A DNA stretch of 33,306 nucleotides from UHGV virus genome UHGV-0200855. One strand, given 5' to 3'. The DNA comes from a virus. The translations under genes were made by a program, and so were the position numbers. The notes under the pieces are model-generated. The model was given only the letters and a program-made list of their open reading frames with translations. It was not told the origin of the DNA and did no database searches. Shown here piece after piece: positions 17,391 through 26,096 of this stretch (the first letter of the stretch is position 1; every line of letters starts with the position of its first letter).

Positions 17391-17490
17391 AGCCTTGATA
17401 TTCCTGAAAAGGTTGGGCGGTGGACGGGGTTTTGATAAGGCTCAGCCTGTCGCCACCCCGTGCCGCCCCGCGCGTGGGCACGTCCGGTTA

Positions 17491-18141
17491 TCAGCTGGCG
17501 TTGCGGATTTTCCGCTCCAGCTGCTCAATGTCTTTTTTCACGCCGCAGCGCTCGTCGAGCTGCAGCGCCTGCTTAAGATGATTCAGGGCCATCATGGGCT
17601 GGCTGCCGGTAAGCACGTAGCCGATGGACTTGTGCAGGCGGGCGCGCGACTGGTCCGGCATATCCAGCCCGTCGGTTGCCTCCAGCGTCTGCATCAGCAG
17701 GTCAGGATCAAAGTCGCTTTCTGCCATCAGGACATTTTTAGCGGCGTCGGCCATCTCTTCGGCCAGCAGGGTCTGCACGTTGCGGTTAAACCCCTGCGGC
17801 ATAGACCAGCCGTGCTTAAGGGCATGGCGGCCAACGGCCATCGCCCCGGCATAATCCCCGGCGTCAATGCGCCACAGCATCACGTACATCAGCACGTCAT
17901 CCTGCTGCGCGCCGTCGGCGGCCAGCACACCGTCTACCCAGGCGGCATATTTCGGCAGCACTTCTACCTTGATTTCGGCTTTCTTGACGTTGGACTGAAT
18001 GCCCTTGAGGCGGCGGCGGTCTTCACCCAGCTGCATCAGCATCAGCTCGTAGCCGTTCGCGTGCCGGGCAGAGCCGCCCGTTCGGGCGGCCTGCTCAGCC
18101 TGAACGCGCAGGCGGTGCTGCCGTGCGGGACTCAGGCTCAT
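17491..18141 (-). CDS. M: Terminase small/endonuclease subunit gpM
   Basis: MSLSPARQH, WRIDAGDY, DMPDQSRARLHK and GVKKDIEQLER motifs. Confidence 0.93.
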   Translation of the reverse strand: MSLSPARQHRLRVQAEQAARTGGSARHANGYELMLMQLGEDRRRLKGIQSNVKKAEIKVEVLPKYAAWVDGVLAADGAQQDDVLMYVMLWRIDAGDYAGAMAVGRHALKHGWSMPQGFNRNVQTLLAEEMADAAKNVLMAESDFDPDLLMQTLEATDGLDMPDQSRARLHKSIGYVLTGSQPMMALNHLKQALQLDERCGVKKDIEQLERKIRNAS

Positions 18142-18144
18142 GGT

Positions 18145-19206
18145 TTACGCTCCGGCACCGGCATCAGCGGGCGCGCTAAAGTCGCCGATGGTGATGTTTT
18201 CGATCAGCGCAGCGCAGCGGTAATCCTCCACCACGTACGCCTCGTTAACCGACTCGTAGTTCTCGATGCGGTCGCGCTTCGGATTGTCGATAACCGAGCG
18301 GCGGCGGGTGTCCTCCTGCCAGTAAATCGACAGGTTATCCAGACGGGTGATCAGCAGGGCATTAGCCGGGAAGTACGGCGCGCGCACGGCCTGCAGGCCG
18401 CCCATACGTTTCTGGCTGATGATGAGATCGGCGGCAAGCTTTTCGGTATTGGCCTGCTCATTGTTGACCAGCGGGAAATACTTGTCAGACAGCAGCTCGC
18501 GCCCGCAGATAACCACCATTTCGTCATCGTCCTGGAAGATGGGATCGATAAGCTCGTTAACCGCATCCATGACCAGCGCGTCCAGGTTGAGATATGCGCC
18601 ACCTTTGCCGACCTTCACCGATCCGGCGGTGGTTTCGCCGTCTTTAGTCGTGCTGCCCATCACGTTGTCCGGGGCGTCTTCGCGCAGCTTCTGCAGCCAG
18701 CCTTTGTTGACGTCCTGCAGCAGCGGGTTCTCTGCGCGGTTAGAGGTTTTGGCGCGCTTAACGCCGTTAAAGCCGATCATGATGCGGTCCAGCGCCTGGC
18801 GCTTCACGATGGCGTCGCGGATGCGGGTCTGGAAGTCCTGAAACTTCGCCCACATGTCCAGCTTCGCGTAGGTAATGGCCGTGTCGAAGTTGGTCTGCTC
18901 GCACTTGTATTCGGTGTCGGTCATCGCCGTTGGATCGGTCGGCTCGCGGTTTTTAGAGCTGGTATCGGTAGTGCCCGCGATGGTGCTGCCGACGCCGAGG
19001 CCCAGCAGCTGGCCGGACTGTTCGGATACGGCGATAACGTTAACCAGCGTCAGAAACGCGGTGCTCTGCTGGATGGTGTCCTCCAGCGTCTGCGCCACGG
19101 ACGGCTCCACGCTGAACTTGCTGGAAAGCTCCGCAATCTCCACGGAATAGATGCGCGCCAGCTGGCTCAGGTAGGCGTTAAAGGCAAAACGGGTCTGTTT
19201 TTTCAT
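18145..19206 (-). CDS. N: Major capsid protein gpN
   Basis: FSVEPSVAQTLE, LDRIMIGFNG, NPLLQDVNKGWLQK and LDNLSIYWQ motifs. Confidence 0.96.
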   Translation of the reverse strand: MKKQTRFAFNAYLSQLARIYSVEIAELSSKFSVEPSVAQTLEDTIQQSTAFLTLVNVIAVSEQSGQLLGLGVGSTIAGTTDTSSKNREPTDPTAMTDTEYKCEQTNFDTAITYAKLDMWAKFQDFQTRIRDAIVKRQALDRIMIGFNGVKRAKTSNRAENPLLQDVNKGWLQKLREDAPDNVMGSTTKDGETTAGSVKVGKGGAYLNLDALVMDAVNELIDPIFQDDDEMVVICGRELLSDKYFPLVNNEQANTEKLAADLIISQKRMGGLQAVRAPYFPANALLITRLDNLSIYWQEDTRRRSVIDNPKRDRIENYESVNEAYVVEDYRCAALIENITIGDFSAPADAGAGA

Positions 19207-19221
19207 GGGGTGTACTGCTCC

Positions 19222-20076
19222 TTAGCAGTTGGTCAGGTGAGCGGCCGGCGCATCGCCGCCCGGTGCGCGCTGGCGGTAGTCGGGGCGGCTGTCTGCGCGC
19301 TCCAGCTGCTCTTTGAGTTCGTTAAAGGCTTCCTTCTGCGCCGACAGATCATCCAGCTGCGACTGCAGGCTGCTTTCCAGCTGGCTCAGGCGCTCGGCCT
19401 GCTCGCCCAGCGTTCTGTCGGTGCGGGTGCCATAGTTCTGCTGCTCGCTGGCAATCAGCTCGACCGCCTGATGCACGTCGCTGAAACGGTCGTCATCGGT
19501 CTGCTTTTGTTTGGCAAACATCGCCTTGATGCGGGTAAACAGGGCGGGCTTTTCCTCCGGCACCTCTTCCAGCTCGATCACGGTTTCGGTGGCGGCGGTA
19601 AAGAGGTTGTCCGGGTGCTGTTTGCGGTTTGCCAGCGGGTTCTTTTCCGCCGACGCGCTGAACGCCAGCATTTCGGTGCCGAGGCTTGCCGGATCGTCCG
19701 TGGCAGCCAGGCCGACCAGGTAGGCTTTGCCGGTGTCGGCAAATTTGGTGCTGACCTCCATGGAGGTGAAAAGCTTCTGGCCCTTTTTGACCAGCTCAAC
19801 GAGCGAATCCGTTGGCAAAATGTCGGCGTAGAGCGCCATTTTCCCGGCCAGCGGTCCGTCGGTGATTTCCTCCGCAACCAGCGCGCTCACCGAGCCGTAG
19901 CGGTTAAAGGTGCTGTCCGGGGTGTAAGACTTGATGTGCTCCAGATTAATCAGCGCGGTGTAGACCTGCGGGTTGTACGCGGCGGCCATCTGCACGAGCC
20001 ACTCGCGGGAAATTTCGCGCCCGTCCGTGGTGGCACCTTCCACCCCGATCCGAAAACGCTTTGCAGTTACTGTCAT
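19222..20076 (-). CDS. O: Capsid scaffolding protein/protease gpO
   Basis: FRIGVEGATTDGR, INLEH and YLVGLAATDDPASLGTE motifs. Confidence 0.95.
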   Translation of the reverse strand: MTVTAKRFRIGVEGATTDGREISREWLVQMAAAYNPQVYTALINLEHIKSYTPDSTFNRYGSVSALVAEEITDGPLAGKMALYADILPTDSLVELVKKGQKLFTSMEVSTKFADTGKAYLVGLAATDDPASLGTEMLAFSASAEKNPLANRKQHPDNLFTAATETVIELEEVPEEKPALFTRIKAMFAKQKQTDDDRFSDVHQAVELIASEQQNYGTRTDRTLGEQAERLSQLESSLQSQLDDLSAQKEAFNELKEQLERADSRPDYRQRAPGGDAPAAHLTNC

Positions 20077-20114
20077 GAGCCAGGCTCCGTTGTGAAAAAT
20101 CGCTTTGAGGCTCT

Positions 20115-20213
20115 ATGTTTGCGGCGGGAGGGGTATCGAAACAACGCGGGGCCATTGTGCGGAAAACCACACAATGAGGGGCGGCGGAAAAGGGACCGCC
20201 GGGGCCGTATTTT
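20115..20213. promoter_or_regulatory. Divergent late promoters pO/pP around one TGT-N12-ACA site (20156-20173)
   Basis: CATTGT-N12-ACAATG palindrome with -10-like TATTTT (20208-20213, +) and AAACAT (20115-20120, -) placed nearly symmetrically. Confidence 0.7.
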
Positions 20214-20219
20214 GGGGCC

Positions 20220-21986
20220 ATGACAACGACACTCGCCCCCGAAGACCTCGATCCCCGCAGGCAGGCCTTGCTCCTGTACTTTCAGGGATACCGTATCGCC
20301 CGCATTGCTGAAATGCTGGGAGAGAAACCCGCAACCGTTCACAGCTGGAAGAAGCGCGACAAGTGGAACGACTACGGCCCGCTTGACCAGATGCAGCTCA
20401 CCACCGCCGCACGCTACTGTCAGCTGGTCATGAAGGAGACGAAAGAAGGGAAGGACTACAAGGAAATTGACCTGCTGGCGCGCCAGTCCGAGCGCCACGC
20501 CCGCATCGGCAAGTTCAGCAAAGGCGGGAACGAGGCGGACCTTAACCCGAATGTGGCAAACCGAAACAGCGGCCCCCGCAAGCCACCGGAAAAAAACGTA
20601 TTCAGCGACGAACAGATCGAGAAACTGGAAGAGATTTTCCACGGCTCGATGTTCGGCTATCAGCGCCAGTGGTGGGATGCGGGCAACAAGCACCGCATCC
20701 GCAACGTGCTTAAATCCCGTCAGATCGGCGCGACGTTTTACTTTGCCCGCGAGGCGCTGATCGATGCCCTGACCACCGGGCGCAACCAGATTTTTCTCTC
20801 AGCCAGCAAGGCGCAGGCACACGTCTTCAAGCAGTACATCATGGAGTTCGCCAAAGAGGTGGATGTAGAGCTGAAAGGCGACCCGATGACGCTCAGCAAC
20901 GGCGCGTGCCTGTACTTCCTCGGCACCAACGCCCGCACCGCGCAGAGCTACCACGGCAATCTCTACCTGGATGAATATTTCTGGATCCCGAAGTTTCAGG
21001 AGCTGCGCAAGGTGGCGTCCGGCATGGCCCTGCACAAGAAATGGCGTCAGACCTACTTTTCCACCCCGTCCAGCCTGACGCACAGCGCCTACCCGTTCTG
21101 GTCCGGCGCGCTCTTTAACCGTGGGCGCGCTAAGGCTGACCGCGTGGACATCGACCTGACCCACGGCAGCCTGTCGCCGGGCCGCTTCTGCGATGACGGC
21201 CAGTTCCGCCAGATTGTCACGGTTGAGGACGCCGTGCGCGGCGGCTGTAACCTGTTCGACCTCGATCAGCTGCGCCTGGAGTACAGCCCGCCGGAATATC
21301 AGAACCTGCTGATGTGCGAATTCGTGGACGACCTGGCGTCCGTGTTCCCGCTGCAGTTGCTGCAAAAGTGCATGGTGGACAGCTGGGAAGTCTGGTCTGA
21401 CTTCGAGGCGCTGGCGCTGCGCCCGTTCGGCTGGCGCGAGGTCTGGATCGGTTATGACCCGGCGAAGGGCACGCAGAACGGCGACAGCGCCGGTTGCGTG
21501 GTTATCGCGCCGCCCGCCGTGCCGGGCGGCAAGTTCCGCATTCTGGAGCGCCACCAGTGGCGCGGCATGGACTTCCGCGCGCAGGCCGAGTCCATCAAAA
21601 AGCTGACGCAGCAGTATAACGTCACCTATATCGGGATCGACTCCACTGGCGTCGGCCTCGGCGTCTATGAAAATGTGAAGATGTTTTTCCCGGCGGTGAA
21701 AGAATTTGTCTACAACCCGAACGTGAAAAACGCCCTGGTGCTTAAAGCGTTCGACATCATCAGCAGCGGCCGTCTGGAGTTCGACGCCGGGCACCTCGAC
21801 ATCGCGCAGTCATTTATGGCAATCCGCCGCGCCACCACGGCCAGCGGCAACCGACCGACCTACGAAGCCAGCCGCAGCGAAGAGGCAAGCCACGCCGATC
21901 TCGCCTGGGCGACGATGCACGCGCTGGCAAACGAACCGCTGCAGGGCGAAGCCGCCCACAGCCGCAACATTATGGAGATTTACTGA
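20220..21986 (+). CDS. P: Terminase ATPase subunit gpP
   Basis: KSRQIGAT Walker A, YLDEYFW Walker B, STP, GYDP and HADLAWA motifs. Confidence 0.97.
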   Translation: MTTTLAPEDLDPRRQALLLYFQGYRIARIAEMLGEKPATVHSWKKRDKWNDYGPLDQMQLTTAARYCQLVMKETKEGKDYKEIDLLARQSERHARIGKFSKGGNEADLNPNVANRNSGPRKPPEKNVFSDEQIEKLEEIFHGSMFGYQRQWWDAGNKHRIRNVLKSRQIGATFYFAREALIDALTTGRNQIFLSASKAQAHVFKQYIMEFAKEVDVELKGDPMTLSNGACLYFLGTNARTAQSYHGNLYLDEYFWIPKFQELRKVASGMALHKKWRQTYFSTPSSLTHSAYPFWSGALFNRGRAKADRVDIDLTHGSLSPGRFCDDGQFRQIVTVEDAVRGGCNLFDLDQLRLEYSPPEYQNLLMCEFVDDLASVFPLQLLQKCMVDSWEVWSDFEALALRPFGWREVWIGYDPAKGTQNGDSAGCVVIAPPAVPGGKFRILERHQWRGMDFRAQAESIKKLTQQYNVTYIGIDSTGVGLGVYENVKMFFPAVKEFVYNPNVKNALVLKAFDIISSGRLEFDAGHLDIAQSFMAIRRATTASGNRPTYEASRSEEASHADLAWATMHALANEPLQGEAAHSRNIMEIY

Positions 21987-23014
21987 TGAGCAAACGCAGG
22001 AACCGCACGCGCACCCAGCCCGTGCAGCAGCCGATGACCGGCGGCGCGGCGGCAGAGGCTTTTACCTTCGGCGACCCGGTGCCGGTACTGGACCGCCGCG
22101 AGCTGCTCGACTACGTGGAGTGCGTCATTAACGATCGCTGGTATGAACCGCCGGTGAGTTTTGACGGGCTGGCACGCACGTTCCGCGCCGCCGTGCATCA
22201 CAGCTCGCCGCTCAACGTGAAGCGCAACATCCTGACCAGCTCGTTTATCCCGCACCCGTTACTGAGCCAGCAGGCTTTTAGCAGGTTTGTGCAGGACTAT
22301 CTGGTATTTGGCAACGCCTACCTGGAGAAGCGTACTAACCGGCTTGGTGGTGTGCTGGCACTGGAGCCAGCGCTGGCGAAGTTTACACGGCGCGGAACAG
22401 ATCTCGACACCTACTGGTTTGTGCAGTACGGGCTGAGCACGCAGCCTTATCAGTTCACGCCGGGTAATGTTTTTCACCTGATGGAGCCGGATCTGAATCA
22501 GGAGGTTTACGGCCTGCCGGAATATCTTTCGGCCATCCCGTCCACGCTGCTGAACGAGTCGGCGACGCTGTTCCGCCGCAAATACTACCTCAACGGCAGC
22601 CATGCGGGTTACATCATGTACGTTACTGACCCCGCTCAGAATCAGGAAGATGTTGACGCCATGCGCAAAGCGATGAAAAGCACGAAGGGTCCTGGCAATT
22701 TCCGCAACCTGTTCATGTACTCACCGAGCGGAAAAAAGGACGGTATTCAGATCATCCCGCTGTCAGAGGTTGCTGCCAAGGATGAGTTTCTGAACATCAA
22801 GAATGTGAGCCGCGATGACATGCTTGCAGCGCACCGGGTGCCGCCGCAGATGATGGGCATTATCCCGAACAACACCGGCGGGTTCGGTGACGTGGAGAAG
22901 GCCAGTCGCGTGTTTGTGCGTAATGAACTGATGCCATTACAGAAACGCTTTGAGGAATTAAACGAGTGGTTAGGTCAGGAAATCATAACCTTCAAGAAAT
23001 ACCATTTAGAATAA
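21986..23014 (+). CDS. Q: Portal protein gpQ
   Basis: WYEPPVSFDGLA, FGNAYLE, YGLPEY, GPGNFRNLF and HRVPPQMMG motifs. Confidence 0.96.
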   Translation: MSKRRNRTRTQPVQQPMTGGAAAEAFTFGDPVPVLDRRELLDYVECVINDRWYEPPVSFDGLARTFRAAVHHSSPLNVKRNILTSSFIPHPLLSQQAFSRFVQDYLVFGNAYLEKRTNRLGGVLALEPALAKFTRRGTDLDTYWFVQYGLSTQPYQFTPGNVFHLMEPDLNQEVYGLPEYLSAIPSTLLNESATLFRRKYYLNGSHAGYIMYVTDPAQNQEDVDAMRKAMKSTKGPGNFRNLFMYSPSGKKDGIQIIPLSEVAAKDEFLNIKNVSRDDMLAAHRVPPQMMGIIPNNTGGFGDVEKASRVFVRNELMPLQKRFEELNEWLGQEIITFKKYHLE

Positions 23015-23021
23015 CAACCAA

Positions 23022-23042
23022 AAGGCGAGCAGCGCTCGCCTT
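23022..23042 (-). terminator. Hairpin terminator between the convergent Q and AIPR genes
   Basis: AAGGCGAGC-AGC-GCTCGCCTT with a T-rich tail on the minus strand. Confidence 0.7.
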
Positions 23043-23045
23043 ACA

Positions 23046-24743
23046 TTATATTTTATCAAGCATCTCATCGAGTATTGCTTGTCTCTTCAATCTATCATCA
23101 GTTATATCATCAACTGATAACACAATCTCTACGGCCTTTTGGAAAGTTGCTTTTATTTTATCGCCGTGCTTTGTCATCTCTGTGATGATTTTAGTACAGT
23201 AAGTATCGACTTTTCTTGATCCTGGTTTAGGTATCTCTTTCCCAGCAATCAAAGCTCCAACTACTGCCATAATATGCCACTTATACTTCCTGACATTTTG
23301 AGGTATGTCAGCATTAGAAGTAAGGAGATGCAATCTGTAAAGGGTTAAACAAGCAGCATAGAAAACAATCTCTTTCGTTTCGTCATTAAATATTTTCTCG
23401 GCTAATAATTCATACATTCTTTTTGGGTATCTATAAGATAGGTCGGGCCTTCTGAAGAACATTGCTGAAACGCATTTCGCTGCCATGTGGACTGAAAATA
23501 CCCTGACAGCAGCAATATCACGTCCAATATACTGACGTTCTCTTCTCTCAAGATAAAGCCTTCCATCCTGACCTTCAAAGGTATCAAAGTATGCTTCTAC
23601 TTTTTTTATAATAGGTCTTAAGGAATAAAATTGAGTATCTTCAACCTTTGTTTGGCTATTGGTTGCACGAACTAATTCTGAGAATACATCTTCATTGGAT
23701 GTTTCAACAACCTTTAAATTAACCATCAAGTCATCGTCTAAGTCTTGCCTGCACTCATAAAGCACATTTGATGTTTGACATCCGTTCACTATTTGGAAGT
23801 TTTCAAGATGTAAAATGCTGCCCTGAAGTCTAACGTCAGGGCTTACTATAGTTATGCCATTATTAAGAACAGGAAATCTAGATGCCGATTTTTTATCTCT
23901 TATTGTTTCAGCAATCGACGCATTGACAGGATTATCTATACCCAAGAATGCTCGGACGTTTTCTACAAAAACATGATTTCTCAAGGCGCCTTCTTCGGTG
24001 ATAAGTAAATTATCCACATAATGTTTCGCCTTAACAACTGCCAGATAAGCCTCATCAATACCATTTATCTTTGGTAATGCGGCGTTACTAAAAAGTGGCA
24101 ACTCAGCACTTACCACTAAATAAGTGTCAGTCCAAGTTTTGGTAAGTTCATCTCTATCAACAAACTCAACGCTTACATTACAAAAATAGCCTAGCTCGTC
24201 TATTTCCCTTGCAAAAGTTTCTTTTGCACTTTCTAGTTCTTTAGGTTTTCGATAAATTCCTGTTGCTATATATTTTGCAGTAAAAGTAGGCCTGCCACCT
24301 CTTATCTTAGGAACGTTTTTTATAACTACATCGAAAACTGACCGTGCATTTTTTTGAACATCATCAATGCCTGAATATGGTTCTTCCTCAACAAACCTTA
24401 AGATCGATGCTTTAAATTTCAGAAAATCGCCAAGATCGAAACCTTCACTCCTCTTTGATTGAATGAAAACCAAATCAACATCATGGTTTTTTCGTTGAGA
24501 GGAAAATACAGATTCTGCATCTTCTGGCGAAATACAAAGTTCCTCATCTATTATTATAGCAACTCCATCAGTGCCATCATCACCTGGGCCAGTTGTTACA
24601 TCGTCTAATTCAAAATCTATGCTTATGCGAGAAGATAGTATGGCTTTATTGCAAAATAACTCAAATTGAACATCTTCATCATTGCTTTCAAGGCCATAAC
24701 TCTTAACAAAGCTATCAAGATGAGCTTTCACTATTCTATGCAT
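23046..24743 (-). CDS. AIPR-family protein (abortive infection / RM-associated)
   Basis: N-terminal DDGTDG...FIQSK nuclease-like motif and central ENVRAFLG..NPVN.SI, NNGITIV, QIVNGCQTS and ATNSQT motifs. AT-rich, AAGGA RBS. Confidence 0.85.
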   Translation of the reverse strand: MHRIVKAHLDSFVKSYGLESNDEDVQFELFCNKAILSSRISIDFELDDVTTGPGDDGTDGVAIIIDEELCISPEDAESVFSSQRKNHDVDLVFIQSKRSEGFDLGDFLKFKASILRFVEEEPYSGIDDVQKNARSVFDVVIKNVPKIRGGRPTFTAKYIATGIYRKPKELESAKETFAREIDELGYFCNVSVEFVDRDELTKTWTDTYLVVSAELPLFSNAALPKINGIDEAYLAVVKAKHYVDNLLITEEGALRNHVFVENVRAFLGIDNPVNASIAETIRDKKSASRFPVLNNGITIVSPDVRLQGSILHLENFQIVNGCQTSNVLYECRQDLDDDLMVNLKVVETSNEDVFSELVRATNSQTKVEDTQFYSLRPIIKKVEAYFDTFEGQDGRLYLERRERQYIGRDIAAVRVFSVHMAAKCVSAMFFRRPDLSYRYPKRMYELLAEKIFNDETKEIVFYAACLTLYRLHLLTSNADIPQNVRKYKWHIMAVVGALIAGKEIPKPGSRKVDTYCTKIITEMTKHGDKIKATFQKAVEIVLSVDDITDDRLKRQAILDEMLDKI

Positions 24744-24777
24744 GGTTCAGTCCTTAGATGGCACATTTATGGGATTA

Positions 24778-24805
24778 ATCCTACCATTGCATTAGATTCG
24801 TTCAA
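24778..24805 (-). promoter_or_regulatory. Candidate sigma70 promoter for AIPR
   Basis: TTGAAC-16-TAGGAT with an extended -10 TG, between cos and the AIPR start. Confidence 0.4.
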
Positions 24806-24853
24806 ACTGATAGTTCAGAGTAAAAACTTCACTCTTTTGACTTACTGCGCGCG

Positions 24854-24872
24854 CTCGTACCCCCGCCACGCC
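24854..24872 (-). other. cos site (19-nt cohesive end GGCGTGGCGGGGGTACGAG)
   Basis: Shares GGCGTGGCGGGG with recalled 186/P2-family cohesive ends. It is a GC-rich island in AT-rich DNA at the expected position near Q, flanked by CATGCA-type repeats (about 24890-25000). Confidence 0.8.
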
Positions 24873-25001
24873 TGCCCGCTTTATGCAGTGGTTTTCATGC
24901 AGCTGCATGACATAAGCAAAAGCCCGCCATTACTGGCGGGCCGGGGGGCAAACGATCCTCCCGGGATCATGCGGATTCATGCAGCAACTGTATGCATTGA
25001 A

Positions 25002-26096
25002 TCAGTTGGTAGTATCCAAACCACCACTAAGTTTTATCGCACGCCCATCGCGCAAATCAATCAGATTTTCGGGTTCTGAAACAAACCATGCATAAGACCC
25101 CCAGGCAAGCTCTGTAATAGCTTTTTTAAAAGGCGATGCGCTACGATCCATGAAGGCAGTTAGGAATGCGAGATTTTTGTTACTAAATCCAGCATCAGCA
25201 GCAATTTTAGTTAATGCGACCTTTCTTTCACGATTAACCGGACCATCGGTAGCTACTACCTCAGTAAATATGAAAAGCATATCGGAACCTGATTTATCTT
25301 CACCAAGATCGACGAGAATAATATCAGGCAGTGCTTTAGAGGCATCTATCTTAAGGCCCAACGAACTCGCAAGTTGCTCATCACGGGTTACTACTTTATT
25401 ACCTGATTCTGAAAGCCATAGTACTGCCGGCACTTTAAGGAATTTCGGTGCAAAAACTTCAATAACTTCCTTAGCAATCACACTTGATGGCCCAGGCGCG
25501 AGCGTTCTCTTTTCTCCGCCAGGAAATGTCACAGTCAGGCTCTCATCAGAACTCGAAATACTTGATTTAATAAGCCGTATTCTGGCAAGGGCAGCTTTAT
25601 TAAGGTGAGTTTCCTGCCAATCCTGAATCTTATGAGTCAATTCTTCATTGCTCAGATTTGGGTCGAATAGCTCAGCAAAAGAAGCATTGAGGCAATATCG
25701 TGGCTTAGAGGATGTTGTCGGGATACCCTTTCTTTCAAGAACAGCATGACAAGGTATTAAACCACCTCTCAACGTTTCATCCCTAATCGGTTCTCGGGAA
25801 TTTGCAGCATACCAAGCGTCAGTTGGCCTAGTGTTTTTTTTGGAGAGAGTAACGTTAAGCCAATTGGTACGTTCAGTTAAGGACTGTTTAGCTGACTGCT
25901 CATTACCCATATCCGTTACCTGGCTGGGTCTAATCCATTTTTCATTACCATCAATCGCCCCTGCATATAACATGACAAAGATAGTTTTAGCCGCCATTTC
26001 TCTAATAACATAATTCCTGTTTTCAGTTCCTTCAGGAAATATATCTACAAGTCTTTTGTGTATTTCAGCTACTTTGGGTAAATCGGGCATCATCAT
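25002..26096 (-). CDS. Type II restriction endonuclease, BsuBI/PstI family
   Basis: YAANSREPIRDETL, PTTSSKPRY, LAPGPSS, FAPKF, LPDIILVD...EVVATDGPV (PD..E catalytic), FLTAF and LAWGS motifs. ATGA overlap with the MTase stop. Confidence 0.88.
   Translation of the reverse strand: MMMPDLPKVAEIHKRLVDIFPEGTENRNYVIREMAAKTIFVMLYAGAIDGNEKWIRPSQVTDMGNEQSAKQSLTERTNWLNVTLSKKNTRPTDAWYAANSREPIRDETLRGGLIPCHAVLERKGIPTTSSKPRYCLNASFAELFDPNLSNEELTHKIQDWQETHLNKAALARIRLIKSSISSSDESLTVTFPGGEKRTLAPGPSSVIAKEVIEVFAPKFLKVPAVLWLSESGNKVVTRDEQLASSLGLKIDASKALPDIILVDLGEDKSGSDMLFIFTEVVATDGPVNRERKVALTKIAADAGFSNKNLAFLTAFMDRSASPFKKAITELAWGSYAWFVSEPENLIDLRDGRAIKLSGGLDTTN

Noticed and set aside
17221..20223. 1000-aa plus-strand ORF
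   Set aside because: Antisense shadow of O, N and M. These genes are all in one frame with GC-rich codon bias, which removes stops on the opposite strand. No recognisable motifs.
24880..25000. CATGCA repeats and hairpins as a possible CRISPR array or ncRNA
   Set aside because: No regular repeat-spacer period. Better explained as cos-adjacent packaging signals and a hairpin (GCCCGCCA-TTAC-TGGCGGGC).
24666..25079. 137-aa ORF over the cos region
   Set aside because: Antisense to AIPR and the REase and runs through the cos and packaging repeats. No coding features.
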